DNA from: Bacteroidales bacterium
Lineage (GTDB): Bacteria > Bacteroidota > Bacteroidia > Bacteroidales > FEN-979
Length of the DNA stretch: 64,000 nucleotides
Assembly: GCA_963662525.1 (NCBI GenBank)
Contig: OY759717.1
Location: 915,436 to 979,435 of the forward strand
Direction of reading: 5' to 3'
The notes beneath the pieces were generated by a model. It was not told the DNA's origin and did no database searches. It worked only from the letters and a program-made list of their open reading frames with translations. The position numbers and the translations under genes were made by a program. The first letter of the stretch is position 1; every line of letters begins with the position of its first letter. Of the stretch, positions 61,682 to 64,000 are shown piece after piece.

Positions 61682-64000
61682 ATCTGTTTTATTCTTTCTT
61701 TGCTTACTCTGGCTTGTCAACATTAAGGCTCATGCCATTGACCGCCTGGAAAACGGAAATCCCTACCTGAAAAATTTCACTGCCCGCGAATATAAAGCCC
61801 ATGCCCAGAATTTTGCTATTGTAACCGACAAGAAAGGGATCATGTATTTTGGGAATTTCGCCGGAGTACTCCAGTTTGACGGGATAAACTGGCGGCTTAT
61901 CACCACCGAAAAAATAACTAAAGTGTCCTCTTTGTCCATCGACAGCAATGGAACCATTTTCGTCGGGGCCAGGGGCGAGATCGGATACATCTCTATCCTG
62001 GCTGATGGTGAAATGGTTTTTCAGTCACTAATATCTCCCGGTTCCAAAATAAATACTCAATTTCAGGAAGTCAGAAATACTTGTTGCACCCCCCGGGGAA
62101 CTTATTTTATTACTGCTCATGAGCTTCTTATCTGGAATAACCATAAACTTGATTCATGGCATTCAGAAACAGAAATTCTGGCAGGTTTTTATCTGAACCA
62201 CCGGTTTTATCTCCAGATGAAAGAAACCGGATTGGCTGAATTCGAAAATTATAAACTCATCCCGGTCAAAGGAGGAGAAGCATTATCTGGAGCCATCGAG
62301 ATAAAATCTATGCTGCCGTATAAGAATGAAGAGATCTTGATAGCCACGGGAACCCAGGGATTGTATCTCCTGGCAAATAACAGTGTCTCGGATATCAATA
62401 CCCGGGCGGATGAACTTTTTCATCAGAAGATCATCACTTCAGCCACCCGGCTTTCCAATGGCAACTTTGCCTTTGGAACAACACGGGAAGGCATTATTAT
62501 CATGTATCCTGACGGAAATATCTGTCAGATCATTGACAAAAATGCCGGATTATCCAACGATTACATTCAGTACCTGTTTGCCGATCAGCACAATCACCTT
62601 TGGGCTGCGTTGAATAACGGCATCTCCATGATAGAAATACCCTCCCATCTCTCCTATTTTGATGAATCTTCCGGATTAACCGCCGGAGTGACCCAAATTG
62701 AGCGGGTTCAAGGGAACCTCGTGGTTTCCACTTACCAGGGTCTGTATTTCTATGATGAGAAACTCGCGGGATTCAAGCCCGCACCAGGTATTATTACTGC
62801 CTGTTGGGCCATACTTCCATTTGAAAATGAATTACTGGCTGCCACCACCCAGGGACTTTTCACGGTCTGGAATCAGCAGCCACGCCTGATCAGTGACGGG
62901 TTCTGCCTTTCCATGACTGAATCAGCTGCCGATCCGGCTGCCGTTTATGTTGGACAAACAGATGGGTTATTCCGCCTGAAAAAAAACGGGATCCGCTGGG
63001 AATCTAATAAAATATCAGGCTTATCCGGTGAAATACGCGATCTCCATGAGGATTTAAAAGGAAACATCTGGGGCAATAGTTTATTATCGGGTTTGTTCCG
63101 TTATTCTCCATCTTTCAGGAAAACTGACTTCTTCAACCAGTCATCTGGCCTGCCCGAATCCGGTAGCAACAGCCTAAACTTCATCGATGGCAATGTGATC
63201 AATGCCACACGCGACGGGATCTTTATTTTCGATCAACAGGCATCCGTTTTCAAACCCTATAACTTCCTGGTTCAGGATAGCGCTACAGCCAACCCCTGGT
63301 TCACTTCCTTAGTCCAGGATGAGCAACGCAATATATGGACTACTGCAGGAGATGAGACTGAAATCACCCTTTATAAAAAAAATCAAAAATCCTGGGAGGC
63401 AATACAAATTCCATTTTTACCTATTGAAGAAGTTGTCGTCTGGACAATCTATCCTGAACCGCATGGATTGATCTGGTTTGGTGGTCCTGATGGACTGATC
63501 TGCTATGATCCGGAAATCCCTTTACTCAATCAAACCATTTCGCCTGCCCTGATACGGAAAGTTACTGTAAATAACGATTCCCTGATTTTTGCCGGAAATA
63601 TTCCCCTGGGAAAGGACAGCCTGATCATGAGGAATACAATTCTCCGTTACCAGGATAACAGCATCCGCTTTGAATTTTCCGTTCCTTATTATACAGCAAG
63701 AGGAGATATTGAATTCCAGTACAAACTGGAAGGCTTCGAGGAAACCTGGTCGGGTTGGTCAACCCAGAGCCACAAGGAATACACCAACTTACCGAAAGGG
63801 AATTTCGTCTTTCGTGTGAAAGCCAGGAATGTTTATGGCACCATTAGCGAAGAAGCAACTTTCAAACTCAGGATTCTCTCCCCCTGGTATTCAGAATGGT
63901 GGGCTTACCTGTTTTATATCATGATGGCCGGAGGTATTGTGTACCTATTTGTTTTGCTGAGAAACCGACAGCTCCTGAAAGAAAAAAAAGAACTGGAACA
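61674..64000 (+). CDS. Two-component sensor with beta-propeller (Reg_prop) repeats and Y_Y_Y domain, 3' end outside window
   Basis: Hand translation gives MYKSVLFFLCLLWLVNIKAHA (signal peptide), with the frame open to the window end. It finishes ...FEFSVPYYTARGDIEFQYKLEGFEETWSGW...LSPWYSEWWAYLFYIMMAGGIVYLF (Y_Y_Y plus TM). It is absent from the ORF track because no stop lies in the window. Confidence 0.75.
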   Translation, partial: MYKSVLFFLCLLWLVNIKAHAIDRLENGNPYLKNFTAREYKAHAQNFAIVTDKKGIMYFGNFAGVLQFDGINWRLITTEKITKVSSLSIDSNGTIFVGARGEIGYISILADGEMVFQSLISPGSKINTQFQEVRNTCCTPRGTYFITAHELLIWNNHKLDSWHSETEILAGFYLNHRFYLQMKETGLAEFENYKLIPVKGGEALSGAIEIKSMLPYKNEEILIATGTQGLYLLANNSVSDINTRADELFHQKIITSATRLSNGNFAFGTTREGIIIMYPDGNICQIIDKNAGLSNDYIQYLFADQHNHLWAALNNGISMIEIPSHLSYFDESSGLTAGVTQIERVQGNLVVSTYQGLYFYDEKLAGFKPAPGIITACWAILPFENELLAATTQGLFTVWNQQPRLISDGFCLSMTESAADPAAVYVGQTDGLFRLKKNGIRWESNKISGLSGEIRDLHEDLKGNIWGNSLLSGLFRYSPSFRKTDFFNQSSGLPESGSNSLNFIDGNVINATRDGIFIFDQQASVFKPYNFLVQDSATANPWFTSLVQDEQRNIWTTAGDETEITLYKKNQKSWEAIQIPFLPIEEVVVWTIYPEPHGLIWFGGPDGLICYDPEIPLLNQTISPALIRKVTVNNDSLIFAGNIPLGKDSLIMRNTILRYQDNSIRFEFSVPYYTARGDIEFQYKLEGFEETWSGWSTQSHKEYTNLPKGNFVFRVKARNVYGTISEEATFKLRILSPWYSEWWAYLFYIMMAGGIVYLFVLLRNRQLLKEKKELE

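Overview
This window looks like a chromosomal segment from an anaerobic Bacteroidota-type genome. Supporting signs are TAnnTTTG -7 promoter boxes, TonB-dependent receptors, a Y_Y_Y propeller sensor and an ECF sigma module. I found no rRNA, tRNA, CRISPR array, transposase or prophage genes. All functions below come from motif recognition by eye; no database search was possible.

The first ~30 kb is a dense sulfur, Fe-S and metal island:
- A DsrC gene with a minimal DsrM/DsrK-like pair, two cysteine-desulfurase-like genes, a membrane thioredoxin, SQR and a DsrE lipoprotein.
- A DUF134 - NifX-like - OprC-like copper receptor - MbnP-like operon.
- A divergent NifX-like / DUF5320 / MinD-ferredoxin x2 / Mrp cluster.
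- A DsrE-TusA-MvhD-HdrL-HdrA-QmoC-like operon facing a CobO-like / permease / HdrC / HdrB / CDF operon.

Three recurring non-coding motifs tie these loci together:
- TGAAC-N4-GTTCA fused to the -7 box, four copies.
- A perfect TGTGA-N6-TCACA, at the hdr locus and in front of a Cys-rich Crp/Fnr gene.
- A 19-nt AATCGCYTTARTATCACTA box upstream of trx, osmC and a decarboxylase gene.

The second half carries housekeeping and accessory genes:
- A GC-rich keto-acid decarboxylase gene, enolase, gene remnants, and an OsmC / ECF sigma / Spy module.
- TatC, PspC and LiaF-like genes.
- A KamA + 2 ATP-grasp + GNAT cluster.
- A kinase / REC-PP2C / STAS operon fused to an ABC importer.
- A tight operon of a STAND-NTPase-TM-WD40 protein, an outer-membrane barrel, a formyltransferase-like enzyme, a transporter-HEAT fusion and a Y_Y_Y sensor.

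The best candidates for an undescribed system are the TusA/DsrE-linked Hdr/Qmo-like membrane complex, together with its shared operator network, and the NifX/DUF134/DUF5320/MinD-ferredoxin metallocluster locus.
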